Source: Candidatus Kerfeldbacteria bacterium
GTDB taxonomy: Bacteria; Patescibacteriota; Patescibacteriia; UBA10025; JAHIVO01
Length of the DNA stretch: 64,000 bases
Direction of reading: 5' to 3'
Assembly (NCBI GenBank): GCA_047946875.1
Contig: CP181398.1
Coordinates: 207,154 to 271,153 of the forward strand
The notes beneath the pieces were generated by a model. The model saw only the letters and a program-made list of their open reading frames with translations, was not told the DNA's origin and searched no databases. The position numbers and the translations under genes are program-made. Positions 17,645 to 27,961 of this stretch are shown piece after piece. Each line of letters begins with the position of its first letter. Position 1 is the first letter of the stretch.

Positions 17645-20600
17645 TTATTCTTTTTTACTTACAGTTAACTTCAGTGTATATGCAGAGAAGAGTAAGATTA
17701 GAGCTGCTGCAAATATATATAGGAATTGCATAGCTGAACCACCAGTTGTAGGTAATTCTTCACCTAATACTATAGGGGCTCTTACTTCTACATTTGCGAA
17801 GTCTGTTACATTCCCATGATTATCGGCCCAAGCAACTGCAAGGTTTTCATAATCACCAGGTAAGATTGTACCATTGGAGATTGCTGTGTAAGTGATAATT
17901 TTTGATTCACCGTGTAAGATATCTCCTAGGTTAAATGTTTTTGTAACTGTACCGTCTATGAATGTGAAACCAGCAGGTAGTAAGTCTTGTAATTTTACAT
18001 TGATAGCTACAGCTTCAGCTTGAGCATCACCAATGTTAGTAATAACAACAGTGTAAACTACACTATCGCCAGGATTGATAAATTGTTTATCAACTGTTTT
18101 CTCTATTACTAAGACTGGGTCTGCTTCTTCAGATTTTACAGTAGGTATTCTAACTTCTACTGTGGCGATATCATCAATACTTGGATGATTATCAGACCAG
18201 GTAATAGCTAGATTATCATAGAATCCTGCATCTACTTCTGAACCTATTAATACATTATAAGTAGTAGTGATAGAATCACCAACTATCATATCGCCAAGTG
18301 ACCATTCACGAGTTGCTAGACCAGTGTCTTCATAAACGAATCCATCTGGTAAAAGGTCAGAAAGTATAGTGTTGATAGAAGTATCAGTACCGACGTTAGT
18401 AACTACTACAGTGTAGGTTACTAAGTCTCCTCTGTTAACATAAGTAGTTGGTTCTACAGTTTTAACTATTGTTAAGACAGGAGCTGACTTTACAGTTACT
18501 TTTGATTCGTCCTCTAAATATTGTGGATCTGAATTATCAGCAGCAATTTTTGCGATGTTAATAATTTCAGTTCCGTTTGCTACAGGTACATTTAATGTAG
18601 CTGTATAAGTAACGAATCCAGAAGCGTTAGGTTGTTGTGTTCCGAAATCCCAAGTAATAGTTCTAGTTGTATCATCCCATTTTGGAGGAGTGACAGTAGG
18701 AATTGAAGAAGTAATAGATGCTACGTCTAGATTTAATTCAGCAGGGATAATGTCAGTTAAGACAACGTTAGTAGCAATAGAATTTCCAGCTACACTCCAG
18801 TCAATGTGATAAGCAACTGTCTCAGTAGTTTCTAAGATACCGTCGCCACCTTGAGCTACTTCTTGATCATTATATTTATCTAGAGTTAAAGTAATCTTTT
18901 CAGCATTACCGAATTCGAAGTATTCTTCCTGGCTATTGTTATCATAACCTGACATTATGACGATTGGACCGAATACACCGCCTACAGGGGCATATTGATA
19001 CCAACCAGTTTGCATTGTTTCAGATAACCAGTAAGTGCCGGCAACTATTCCGGTGAATTCAAACATTCCGAATTCATTGGTAAGTGTTTGGGCAATGATT
19101 GTTCCAGGTTGACCAGTATTGTCTTCGTGTAGGTTAATTTCCCAACCTTGTAAACCAGTCTCTTGGCCATCCCATTGTCTGTTATTATTAATATCTTCAA
19201 ATTTGTAACCTGTAATTATTCCAAGTTGGAAATTACCGAAGTTGTTGTCTTGACTGTTAGTACCACTTACAACAGTAATTGTTGCTGGGTCAGTAGTCAT
19301 TTGTGTCCAACCTGTTTTTAAGGTTTCAGTTACATTGTAGTCACCAGCTTGTAGGCCAGTGAATGAATAGTAACCGTTTGCGTCAGTAACATCAGATGAA
19401 CCGTTATCAAGATTGATAGTCCAACCAGCTAAAGCAAGTTCTCCAGTATCCCAAGTTTTATTTCCATTTACATCTTCGAATTTATATCCAGAGATTTTAC
19501 CTTTTTTATAATTACCAAAGTCAACATCAGTGATATCTGAACCACTTGTAATTGTAATTGGTGCTGGGTTAGAGGTAGTTCTTATCCAAGCAGTGTTTGA
19601 CTCATCTTCAGTTACTGTCCAGTCACCAGCAGTTAAACCAGTGAATTCATAGGAACCGTCGGTAAGTGTTTGTGTGCTTGTTGCCCAGTTACCGGAGATG
19701 TAGATTGTCCAACCAGCAATAGCAGGTTCTCCAGCATCCCATACTCCGTCACCGTTTAGGTCATTAAATTTATGTCCTGAGATTTTTGTATCTTTGAAAT
19801 TACCGAAATCAATATCATCAACATCTTGGCCACTTACCGCAATAATATCTGCTGGATTTGTAGTTGTTTGTGTCCATCCAGTTTGTTGTACTTCACGCAC
19901 ACGGTATGTACCTGGAGCAAGATCATCAAAACTATATCTTCCAACACCGTTGGTTACAGTGATATCAAGAACATTATTTTGTGCATCACGTAATTCAATC
20001 GTCCATCCTACTAGACCAGTCTCGCCACTATCTTTTGTACCATTGCCGTTTATATCTTCAAATTTTTGTCCTGCGATATAAATATTATCAAAGTTACCGA
20101 AGTTATAACCACTAACATCAGTTCCTGAAGTAACGTCTATTGGTCCTAGAATTTGTCCCTGGCCTGGGAATGTTTGTGTCCAACCGCCCTGTTGTACTTC
20201 ATTGAGGTAGTAGGTTCCTTTTTCTAGACCAGTGAATTCATATCTACCGTTTGAGTCAGTTATATCAGTATCAAGTACCGTGGACATATCATCAGCAAGT
20301 AATTGGATAGTCCATCCTAAGAGTGTAGGTTCTCCTGTATTCCAAATTCCGTCACCATTAAGATCGTTCCATTTTTGTCCGGTGATTTCACCGAGTTTGA
20401 AATTTCCAAACCATACACTTTCTAAATCTCCATTAGTAATTGTAACTGTTTTGGTCAATGTTCCATTTCCCGGTTCTGTGTTTGTCCAACCCGTTTGTTG
20501 GGTTTCAACTACATCATATGAACCAGTTGGAAGATTTCTGATTATAAGGTATGGAGAATCTTGTGGATCTTGACCGGTTGTTCCGGATGCGACTACTGTG

Positions 20601-23600
20601 CTTCCATCTTTTACTTCAAAATACCACCCTGGCATATAAGGTTCATTGGAATCTTTGTCTCCGTCACCATTAAGGTCATTATATTTTTTAATGCGAAGAT
20701 CACCGGTATCAAGTGCATTACAAAGTGTTATTTCAGTAGTGTTGTTTTTACTTACATTAATGTTTATTGGTAGAGTAATTCCTTCAAGATTAGTACAGTT
20801 GAAATTAGCACCTGGAGTGTTTGAGTACCATCCAACAAAGTGATAGTTAGCTACATCACCGTCATTTTCTGTTACATCATATGTGCCTGTAACAACTGTT
20901 TCATTACTGCCCATATCTCGGGCTGGTGTTTCAGAATCAATACCCCAGACAAATCCTAGAGCATTGGCTTCTGTATTTCCACCATCAAAGGTGCCATCAC
21001 CGTTAGTGTCTACTTCTTTATTTACTTTAATATCACCAGTGTCTCTTGTATTACAAAGTGTTATTTCAGTAGTGTCATTTTTAGAAACATTTATATTGGC
21101 TGGTAGTGAATGATAAGTAGTTGTTTCGCAAGTAAAATCTGATCCATTAACATACCATCCAACAAAGTGATAGTTAGCTACATCACCGTCATTTTCTGTT
21201 ACATCATATGTGCCTGTAACAACTGTTTTATTGCTGCCCATTGCACGAGCTGGAGTTTCAGCATTGATTCCCCAAACAAAGCCGAGGTTATTTGCTTCTG
21301 TGTTACCGCTTTCAAATGTACCATCGCCATTGGTATCAATTTCTTTGTTTACTTTAATATCGCCAGTGTCTCTGGTGTTTGTAAATGTGCAATCTACACC
21401 AGATTTGGTTAATTGAATTGTTTTTGTTTCAACAGCTCCGTAGCTGACGCCGTCACATGTTAAATCGGTAACATGATAGTTTGTCATCATATCTTCTGAA
21501 ATTGTATATGAACCTGTTGTTAGAGTTCTTCCTTGGCCTGTTGATATATTCTGTTCACCATTTGCAATATCCCATCTCCATGTATCTACATTATATTCAT
21601 CTACTATTCCGTTACCATCAGTGTCTAAGTTTTTATGGACAATAATTTCACCAGTATCACGATTGTTTCCAAACCATACACTTTTTAAACCTCCATTAGT
21701 AATTGTAACTGTTTTGGTCAATGTTCCATTTCCCGGTTCTGTGTTTGTCCAACCTGTTTGTTGGGTTTCAACTACATCGTATGAACCAGTTGGAAGATTT
21801 CTTATGATAAGGTATGGAGAATCTTGTGGGTCTTGACCGGTTGTTCCTGATGCGACTACTGTGCTTCCATCTTTTACTTCAAAATACCAGCCAGTCATGT
21901 AGTAATCATTACCATTTATGATTCCGTCACCATTAAGATCGTTATATTTTTTGATGCGAAGATCACCAACATTTCTTGTATTAGTGAAAGTACACACAAC
22001 TCCTTGATTAGTAAGGTTTACTTGTACTGACTCATTTGCACCGTAGCTTACACCATTACAAGTAACATCAGTTACATGGTAACCGGTTTTCATATCTTCT
22101 GAAAGAGTATATGTATCAGTTGCAAGTGTTCGTGTTGAACCAGTTGCAATATTCTGTTCGCCGTTTTGGATATCCCAATTCCAGTTAGTTGCACCAAATA
22201 CATCTACTTGTCCATCGCCGTTTGTATCAACATTTTTATAAACTGTTAAATCTCCAGTATCACGAACGTTAGTAAATGTACAGATAGTCGTTCTTCCGTT
22301 AAAAACTTCTGCATTATTGATAGTAGAGCCAGTTCCGTTCCACACTTGAGGAACATCACCGATCAATACACATTCCCAACCACTTACTGTGTATCCTTGA
22401 GGGGAAGTTTCTGTAACTGTGTAAATGTCTGTAGGTATTGTACCTACGTTATATTCTCCGTTTGTTCCTGTCCATCCGTTATCATTGAATTCAGAACCAT
22501 CAACCGTTACATAAACATCTAGCGGAGCGCCTGCCTGATCAACTTTACGAATAATTAAGTCACCAGTATTACGTGTATTTGTAATTGTACATTCTGCAGT
22601 ATTACCTGTAGTTACTGTTACTGAATTGCAAGTTGAATTAGTCAATGAATATCCAGGTATAATTTCTTCTTCAACGGTATAATCGTTAGGTGTTAAATCA
22701 TTAAACATTACATAGTTTGAAGTTGTAGCAGGATAAATGTATGGATTACCTGATCCAACAATTCTAAATCCAAAGTCTTCTGGTAAGGCTGTGCCACCAT
22801 TTACAACTTTGATTACTTTTAAATTACCGTTACAATCCATTTCAACATGGGTATTAACAATATTGCTGTAAATGTCTCCAGTTTCATTACTCCAGATCCA
22901 AGCTTGGTTTGGAATATCAAAATCATCACAGTCTAGCGGCTCAGTTATTACAGCTTGAAATATTACAGCGCCGGATTCTCCAGGGCTTACTACGTGAGCA
23001 TTTGCTACAGGATTTGAGCCATTGAAGTTTCCTTCAAAAGTAATTCCTTGGCCATCAACATCACCGGATATTAATTCTGTATGAATACCGTTGTATGTTA
23101 AACGAGGGTCAAGATTATCAAACAATTGAACTCCACCGCCTGTACAAATTGCTTCGCCGGTATTTATATATTCCAATGTATATTCCAATGTATCACCAAC
23201 TGATGCAGTTGTTTTATCAACAGTTTTTGTAATAACTAAATTACATACACCAGGAACATTTCCGAAATTCACATCTGTTTCATTTTGACCAGCCAAGAGA
23301 GTTACATTGTGCACATTATTAGTTGGATATGTTTGAATCCAATTAGTTTGTTGTGTTTCTGAAACAGTGTAGTTGCCTGGATTTAAATTTACAAAAGAAT
23401 ATAAACCATTTGAATCTGTAGTTGTAGAAGCAGTAGCATCACCACCAAGATTTATTGTCCAGTTAGCTAGTCCTGGCTCAGTTGCCTGCTGCCAAATACC
23501 ATCATTATTAGAATCTTTCCATTTATATCCAGAAATATTTCCTTCTTGTCGGTCATTAGTATAAGTACAAGTAACATTTTCACCTTCTTCAAGGTTAATT

Positions 23601-24655
23601 GATACGGTTGGGATAGTAACTGTTTGATTGCCGCCATTAGAAGTAGTGACAGTACAAGCAATGTTATTTAATGCCCATCCTGCAATTACTGATTCTGTTA
23701 TTGAATAAGTTGTAAAATCAATAATATCATTATAAGTTTTGGTATTAGTTGAAGTTCCATCATCAATCAGTGAAAAAATTGCTGGGGTTAAACCACCAGT
23801 TGTAGTGTAATCGAAACTTTGTGGACCTTCAGGAATAGCATCTTTAATTATTGTAATGGAAGCTGGGTAAATTACCGCTTCGGCTGATAATGATAGATCT
23901 TGACTGCCACCAGATCCGTTAAGTTCGACCAAACTTGAGTGGTAAGGGGAACCAGGAATAGCTATGGCTGAATTTTCATCGCCCCAGTCTTCTCTAGTAG
24001 AAATGTGTCCACCCCAAGCTAGCACTGGATTAGCTACATCAGCGGTAAAAGTTACAGTGATTATTGCTGTTTTATCGCCAACAAAGCCACTACCATCTGG
24101 GTATTCATAATTTCCAACGTTGGTTATGGTTCCACCAAATAAGGTAAATACACCTGGGATTTGTGTTATGCCAGAATTTTGAGGATCATTAGGAATTGGA
24201 TATGTAGTTGGTGTTAATCCAGGAATACCAATATCAGGATCAGCAGTTAAGACAGTTTCATTATAAGTTGTTAGGTAATCTATGGCATGTTTGTCAGCTT
24301 TTGTGGTATCCCATTTAATGGTTATTGTATTATTAGTGGAATCGATTGTTAAACCGCCCATTTCCATTTTATACGGGATAGTATCACCTTCATAATATAC
24401 TGATTTACTAGCTCCAAGGTTTCCTGTTACCCATTCTTTAGCATCTGTAGCGCATCCATCTGTACTTGGGGATGGTGCTGGATCATTAGCACATTGACTT
24501 ATTTTTGCTGATTCAGCAGCTTGAGCCTCATTTGGTGCGATAAATACCCCAATCATGGATGTATTTAAGATAAGTGCTAGAGTTGCAATAATATTAAGAG
24601 TTTTATATAGAACTCTCTTCGTTTTTTGCGGATGTGGTAATAAATTGATTTTCAT
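17645..24655 (-). CDS. giant (2336 aa) LPXTG-anchored surface adhesin with DUF11 and SdrD/CnaB-type B repeats
   Basis: Signal peptide. N- and C-terminal DUF11 repeats. More than 10 SdrD B-like repeats (G(K/Q)K(F/W)xDxNGNGxxDxGE…GW(T/E)I.L…(T/D)(D/T)xxGxYxF.(L/G)..GxY.V.E). C-terminus LPTTGG, a hydrophobic stretch, then KKE. Confidence 0.8.
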   Translation of the reverse strand: MKINLLPHPQKTKRVLYKTLNIIATLALILNTSMIGVFIAPNEAQAAESAKISQCANDPAPSPSTDGCATDAKEWVTGNLGASKSVYYEGDTIPYKMEMGGLTIDSTNNTITIKWDTTKADKHAIDYLTTYNETVLTADPDIGIPGLTPTTYPIPNDPQNSGITQIPGVFTLFGGTITNVGNYEYPDGSGFVGDKTAIITVTFTADVANPVLAWGGHISTREDWGDENSAIAIPGSPYHSSLVELNGSGGSQDLSLSAEAVIYPASITIIKDAIPEGPQSFDYTTTGGLTPAIFSLIDDGTSTNTKTYNDIIDFTTYSITESVIAGWALNNIACTVTTSNGGNQTVTIPTVSINLEEGENVTCTYTNDRQEGNISGYKWKDSNNDGIWQQATEPGLANWTINLGGDATASTTTDSNGLYSFVNLNPGNYTVSETQQTNWIQTYPTNNVHNVTLLAGQNETDVNFGNVPGVCNLVITKTVDKTTASVGDTLEYTLEYINTGEAICTGGGVQLFDNLDPRLTYNGIHTELISGDVDGQGITFEGNFNGSNPVANAHVVSPGESGAVIFQAVITEPLDCDDFDIPNQAWIWSNETGDIYSNIVNTHVEMDCNGNLKVIKVVNGGTALPEDFGFRIVGSGNPYIYPATTSNYVMFNDLTPNDYTVEEEIIPGYSLTNSTCNSVTVTTGNTAECTITNTRNTGDLIIRKVDQAGAPLDVYVTVDGSEFNDNGWTGTNGEYNVGTIPTDIYTVTETSPQGYTVSGWECVLIGDVPQVWNGTGSTINNAEVFNGRTTICTFTNVRDTGDLTVYKNVDTNGDGQVDVFGATNWNWDIQNGEQNIATGSTRTLATDTYTLSEDMKTGYHVTDVTCNGVSYGANESVQVNLTNQGVVCTFTNTRNVGDLRIKKYNDLNGDGIINGNDYYMTGWYFEVKDGSTVVASGTTGQDPQDSPYLIIRNLPTGSYDVVETQQTGWTNTEPGNGTLTKTVTITNGGLKSVWFGNNRDTGEIIVHKNLDTDGNGIVDEYNVDTWRWDIANGEQNISTGQGRTLTTGSYTISEDMMTNYHVTDLTCDGVSYGAVETKTIQLTKSGVDCTFTNTRDTGDIKVNKEIDTNGDGTFESGNTEANNLGFVWGINAETPARAMGSNKTVVTGTYDVTENDGDVANYHFVGWYVNGSDFTCETTTYHSLPANINVSKNDTTEITLCNTRDTGDIKVNKEVDTNGDGTFDGGNTEANALGFVWGIDSETPARDMGSNETVVTGTYDVTENDGDVANYHFVGWYSNTPGANFNCTNLEGITLPININVSKNNTTEITLCNALDTGDLRIKKYNDLNGDGDKDSNEPYMPGWYFEVKDGSTVVASGTTGQDPQDSPYLIIRNLPTGSYDVVETQQTGWTNTEPGNGTLTKTVTITNGDLESVWFGNFKLGEITGQKWNDLNGDGIWNTGEPTLLGWTIQLLADDMSTVLDTDITDSNGRYEFTGLEKGTYYLNEVQQGGWTQTFPGQGQILGPIDVTSGTDVSGYNFGNFDNIYIAGQKFEDINGNGTKDSGETGLVGWTIELRDAQNNVLDITVTNGVGRYSFDDLAPGTYRVREVQQTGWTQTTTNPADIIAVSGQDVDDIDFGNFKDTKISGHKFNDLNGDGVWDAGEPAIAGWTIYISGNWATSTQTLTDGSYEFTGLTAGDWTVTEDESNTAWIRTTSNPAPITITSGSDITDVDFGNYKKGKISGYKFEDVNGNKTWDTGELALAGWTINLDNGSSDVTDANGYYSFTGLQAGDYNVTETLKTGWTQMTTDPATITVVSGTNSQDNNFGNFQLGIITGYKFEDINNNRQWDGQETGLQGWEINLHEDNTGQPGTIIAQTLTNEFGMFEFTGIVAGTYWLSETMQTGWYQYAPVGGVFGPIVIMSGYDNNSQEEYFEFGNAEKITLTLDKYNDQEVAQGGDGILETTETVAYHIDWSVAGNSIATNVVLTDIIPAELNLDVASITSSIPTVTPPKWDDTTRTITWDFGTQQPNASGFVTYTATLNVPVANGTEIINIAKIAADNSDPQYLEDESKVTVKSAPVLTIVKTVEPTTYVNRGDLVTYTVVVTNVGTDTSINTILSDLLPDGFVYEDTGLATREWSLGDMIVGDSITTTYNVLIGSEVDAGFYDNLAITWSDNHPSIDDIATVEVRIPTVKSEEADPVLVIEKTVDKQFINPGDSVVYTVVITNIGDAQAEAVAINVKLQDLLPAGFTFIDGTVTKTFNLGDILHGESKIITYTAISNGTILPGDYENLAVAWADNHGNVTDFANVEVRAPIVLGEELPTTGGSAMQFLYIFAAALILLFSAYTLKLTVSKKE

Positions 24656-24715
24656 ATGTTTTATTTATTCTTTATATAATTAATATATATATAATAAGTT
24701 GTTAATAAGGTAAGT

Positions 24716-24771
24716 GAGGTCCTTCAGCCATATTGGCTTCAGGATGACGCTTTGCGTCATTTTTCTAGGTC
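24716..24771. repeat. REP-like hairpin element, inverted copy of the element at 7513-7564
   Basis: Its reverse complement gacctagaaaaatgacgcaaagcgtcatcctgaag…aaggacctc aligns with 7513-7564. Confidence 0.6.
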
Positions 24772-25133
24772 TTTTTGTTTTTTGGTAACTAAAAAACCAA
24801 CACCAAGTTATAAAGTTTTCAAAAATTGTAAAAAATGCATAAAATAATAGCATTTTTAACTAATTTTTTTGCGTTTTTAAACTAAATTTGTTTTTTGTTA
24901 GGTTTATAACCTAATGTTGGTCTTATAAGTCCTCCTATACTTATGTCCAAAGAGCATATCCCCCCGTTTGTTGTGATTAATGAGCAATTTTAATATTTGA
25001 TGATATAACACTTTTGTTTTTTTGTCAAGTCCTTTTGTATTTATTTCGGTCTCTATATCTTACCCCTATCTAAGTATATGTCAATGAATTTTTTATCATT
25101 TTTTGATCTTAAAATTAGGACAAAAATGAGGGT

Positions 25134-25193
25134 TGTGGATAAACTAAAACGAGCAATATTTTTTGTTTCTTGATTATATGTGAATAATCCACA
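25134..25193 (-). promoter_or_regulatory. pair of DnaA-box-like motifs (TTATCCACA perfect; TAATCCACA one mismatch) in opposite orientation, each followed by CTAAAACGNGCAA
   Basis: Seen directly in the 650-bp AT-rich region upstream of the giant adhesin gene. Confidence 0.3.
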
Positions 25194-25304
25194 AATGCTA
25201 AAACGCGCAAGTTTTTTGAAAATAAATAAGACCTAAAAACAGTCTGTCTTCCGACTGATAAGATAGGGATATTTTTGACAATTCAGCCAAATATGTTGTA
25301 ATAG

Positions 25305-26069
25305 CTACTTTTTGCTATTTTCAGGTCTTAGTAATAATAAGGAGAGACTTAGGGGTAAAAATGAAATTATTGCCAATATTAAGAAATATTGACTAATGTT
25401 TAAGTTATTACTTTCTGGAGTTAAATTATGTCTATAAGTAGTTCCTAAAACTTGTTTATTCTCTGATTCCTCATTTTTTGTTATAATAGTTAGTACAGTT
25501 TGTTCATTTTTTATTGAATCTTCATCAATATTAGGTGTAATATCATTATTGATGTTATTTGCTCTAACGGCAGGTAAAATTGTGGTTGGGGATAGTTGTT
25601 GTAGGCCGAACAATTGCACTACTATAGTATGTGAATTATTGGATATTATGGCAATTCCTGTTTCATTAAATTTGTTATTTAATATGTTATCTCGGTGAGC
25701 ATTGCTATTCATCCAAGCATTTATTGCTTCTTCAGTCTGTACCCAGTCTAAAGCTAGATTTTCACCGATTATTTGATAATTATAGTTTTCTCTTATTGCA
25801 TAATCCCATGGCATAAGACCATTTGGATCTTTATGATCAAAATAATCATTATTGATCATGTCATTCGCTCGAATTTCTGCAATATGAGTTAAAACGTTAT
25901 TTAATACTAATTCTGGAATTTGTTGATTTTGCCGTTCAATATTTATCTCTTTAAAGACACTTTCAACAGAAATCTCAGATGCTAATGCGTGATTAGGTAA
26001 TAAAAAAAATAGGCAAAAAATAAAGCCTACTCCAATTACAAATTGTATATTGTTATTAAATCGTTTCAT
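25305..26069 (-). CDS. CAP/SCP (YkwD-like) domain protein with signal peptide and C-terminal TM anchor
   Basis: CAP motifs …HIAEIRANDMINNDYFDHKDPNG…GENLA…AWMNSNAHRDNIL…ETGIAI. Second CAP paralog in the island. Confidence 0.65.
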   Translation of the reverse strand: MKRFNNNIQFVIGVGFIFCLFFLLPNHALASEISVESVFKEINIERQNQQIPELVLNNVLTHIAEIRANDMINNDYFDHKDPNGLMPWDYAIRENYNYQIIGENLALDWVQTEEAINAWMNSNAHRDNILNNKFNETGIAIISNNSHTIVVQLFGLQQLSPTTILPAVRANNINNDITPNIDEDSIKNEQTVLTIITKNEESENKQVLGTTYRHNLTPESNNLNISQYFLILAIISFLPLSLSLLLLRPENSKK

Positions 26070-26131
26070 TTTTAGCTTTTTATTTTTATTTTTCTAATTT
26101 CATTATATCACATTTTAATCAAAAAATCAAT

Positions 26132-26764
26132 ATGGAGGACCTAATTAACAAATTAATAGAAGAGGAATATTTAAAAACGCCTCGTATCATAAAAGCCTTT
26201 AAAAAAATTCAAAGGGCAGATTTTTTAACAGAAGATCAGAAAGAATATGCTGGTCATGATCGACCAATTAGCACAAGTCATGGTCAAACAAATTCACAAC
26301 CATTAACTGTGGCTTTTATGTTAGAATTACTTCAACCAAGGGAGGGTGATATAGTTTTGGATATTGGATCTGGTTCTGGTTGGCAAACAGCTCTGCTGGC
26401 AGAGATAGTTGGTGAGGATGGTAGAGTTTTTGGCATTGAAAGAATTCCTGATTTAAAAACTCATGGAGAAGAAAATATTTTAAAATATAATTTTAAGAAT
26501 GTAGAATTTATCTGCGCAGATGGAACGAAGGGATATAAAAATGAAGCCCCTTATGATAAAATAATAGTAGCTGCAGCATCTGGAATTGGTATACCTGATA
26601 TTTTTTTACAACAGTTGAGAGTAGATGGTCGCTTAGTGATTCCTGTTGGTAAATATGAACAAGATATGGTTTTAGTAAAAAAAGTTGGTAAAGATGATTA
26701 TCAAGAGGAACGATACCATGGTTTTCAATTTGTTCCGTTAATAACTAAGGGGTGGGGAGAGTAA
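26132..26764 (+). CDS. pcm: Protein-L-isoaspartate O-methyltransferase
   Basis: SAM-binding VLDIGSGSGWQTALLAEIVGEDGRVFGIE and overall PCMT architecture. Confidence 0.85.
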   Translation: MEDLINKLIEEEYLKTPRIIKAFKKIQRADFLTEDQKEYAGHDRPISTSHGQTNSQPLTVAFMLELLQPREGDIVLDIGSGSGWQTALLAEIVGEDGRVFGIERIPDLKTHGEENILKYNFKNVEFICADGTKGYKNEAPYDKIIVAAASGIGIPDIFLQQLRVDGRLVIPVGKYEQDMVLVKKVGKDDYQEERYHGFQFVPLITKGWGE

Positions 26765-26768
26765 GTAG

Positions 26769-26847
26769 ATTGTCATCGCGAGAAGTGTAGCGACGAAGCG
26801 ATCTAAGATTGCCACGTCACTCATTTCATTCGTTCCTCGCAATGAGT
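26769..26847. repeat. REP/MITE-like element, GTCATCGCGAG subfamily (TIRs tgtcatcgcgag / cctcgcaatgag)
   Basis: GC-rich in an AT-rich background. Shares halves with the composite element at 56905-57035. Confidence 0.6.
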
Positions 26848-26878
26848 AAAAATATTTAATAATATTAAGATATAATTT

Positions 26879-27955
26879 ATGAAGATTGTAATATTAGCTG
26901 GTGGTGGGGGAACTAGATTATGGCCAGTCTCTAGAAAGAGTAAGCCAAAACAAATACAACCTTTTATTGGTAGTAAAACTTTATTACAAAAAACTTATGA
27001 CCGTGTAAAAAGTGGTTATAAGACTAAAGATATTTTAGTTTCTACAAATTATAAACAATATCCATTAATCAGTAAACAATTAACAAAAATTCCGCGAGAG
27101 AATTATATTCTTGAAACGGAAAAAAAAGATACCGCTGCCGCAATTGGGTTAGCGGCGATTTATATTGCAAAAGATAATCCTAAAGAAGTTATGATGTTGA
27201 CTGCGTCAGATCATTATATAAAAAATGAAAAAGAATTCATTAGAATTACTAAACTAGCTGAGAAAATAATCAAAGAAGACTATAAACAATCGGTAGTGAT
27301 TGGTTTAAGACCAACATATCCAGAGACTGGTTATGGTTATATAAAAATGAATAAGTTATATAAGCAGTATGGTAATGATGAAGTGTTTCATGTACAAAAG
27401 TTCGTAGAAAAACCAGATTTATTTACTGCTCAGAAGTATCTAAAAAGTTGGGATTATCTTTGGAATGCTTCTATGTTTGGTTGGAGAGCTGATTATATAT
27501 TAAGTTTGTTTAAGAAATTTTTGCCAGAGCATTACAAAATATTGATGAGAATCCAGCCAGCTCTAGGGACTAAAAATGAAAAAAAGGTTGTAGAAAAGGA
27601 ATACAAAAAAATGAAGTCCATATCTATTGATTATGGTATAATGGAACGAACTAAAAAGATTGTAGTGATACCTGCAAGTTTTGATTGGGCTGATGTAGGC
27701 CATTGGCGAGCAGTGCAGGAGATATTATCAAAACAACCAACAGATAATGTAGTTAGAGGTAAGCATGTAGATTTTGGGTCAGAAGGTAGTCTTATTTACA
27801 GTTATACTGGTAAATTAGTTGCTACAGCTGGCTTAAAAGATATGGTTGTTATTGATACGGAAGATTGTATATTGGTTTGTTCAAAAGATAAAGCTCAGGA
27901 TGTTAAAAAGATTGTAGATCAATTGAACAAGAAAAACATGAAGAAATATTTGTAA
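26879..27955 (+). CDS. mannose-1-phosphate guanylyltransferase-like sugar nucleotidyltransferase
   Basis: N-terminal ILAGGGGTRLWP (G-x-G-T-R) nucleotidyltransferase motif. Length and layout as for ManC/CpsB N-terminal domains. Confidence 0.7.
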   Translation: MKIVILAGGGGTRLWPVSRKSKPKQIQPFIGSKTLLQKTYDRVKSGYKTKDILVSTNYKQYPLISKQLTKIPRENYILETEKKDTAAAIGLAAIYIAKDNPKEVMMLTASDHYIKNEKEFIRITKLAEKIIKEDYKQSVVIGLRPTYPETGYGYIKMNKLYKQYGNDEVFHVQKFVEKPDLFTAQKYLKSWDYLWNASMFGWRADYILSLFKKFLPEHYKILMRIQPALGTKNEKKVVEKEYKKMKSISIDYGIMERTKKIVVIPASFDWADVGHWRAVQEILSKQPTDNVVRGKHVDFGSEGSLIYSYTGKLVATAGLKDMVVIDTEDCILVCSKDKAQDVKKIVDQLNKKNMKKYL

Positions 27956-27961
27956 AAAATT

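Noticed and set aside
19794-23661. Multiple 60-110-aa ORFs on the plus strand inside the mega-adhesin gene (19794-20081, 20232-20573, 20883-21113, 21210-21416, 21621-21836, 23373-23564)
   Set aside because: They are antisense to a 7-kb gene with clear domain repeats. Their Ser/Pro/Val-rich composition mirrors the reverse complement of the T/G/N-rich adhesin. The pairs are duplicated because the sense gene is duplicated.
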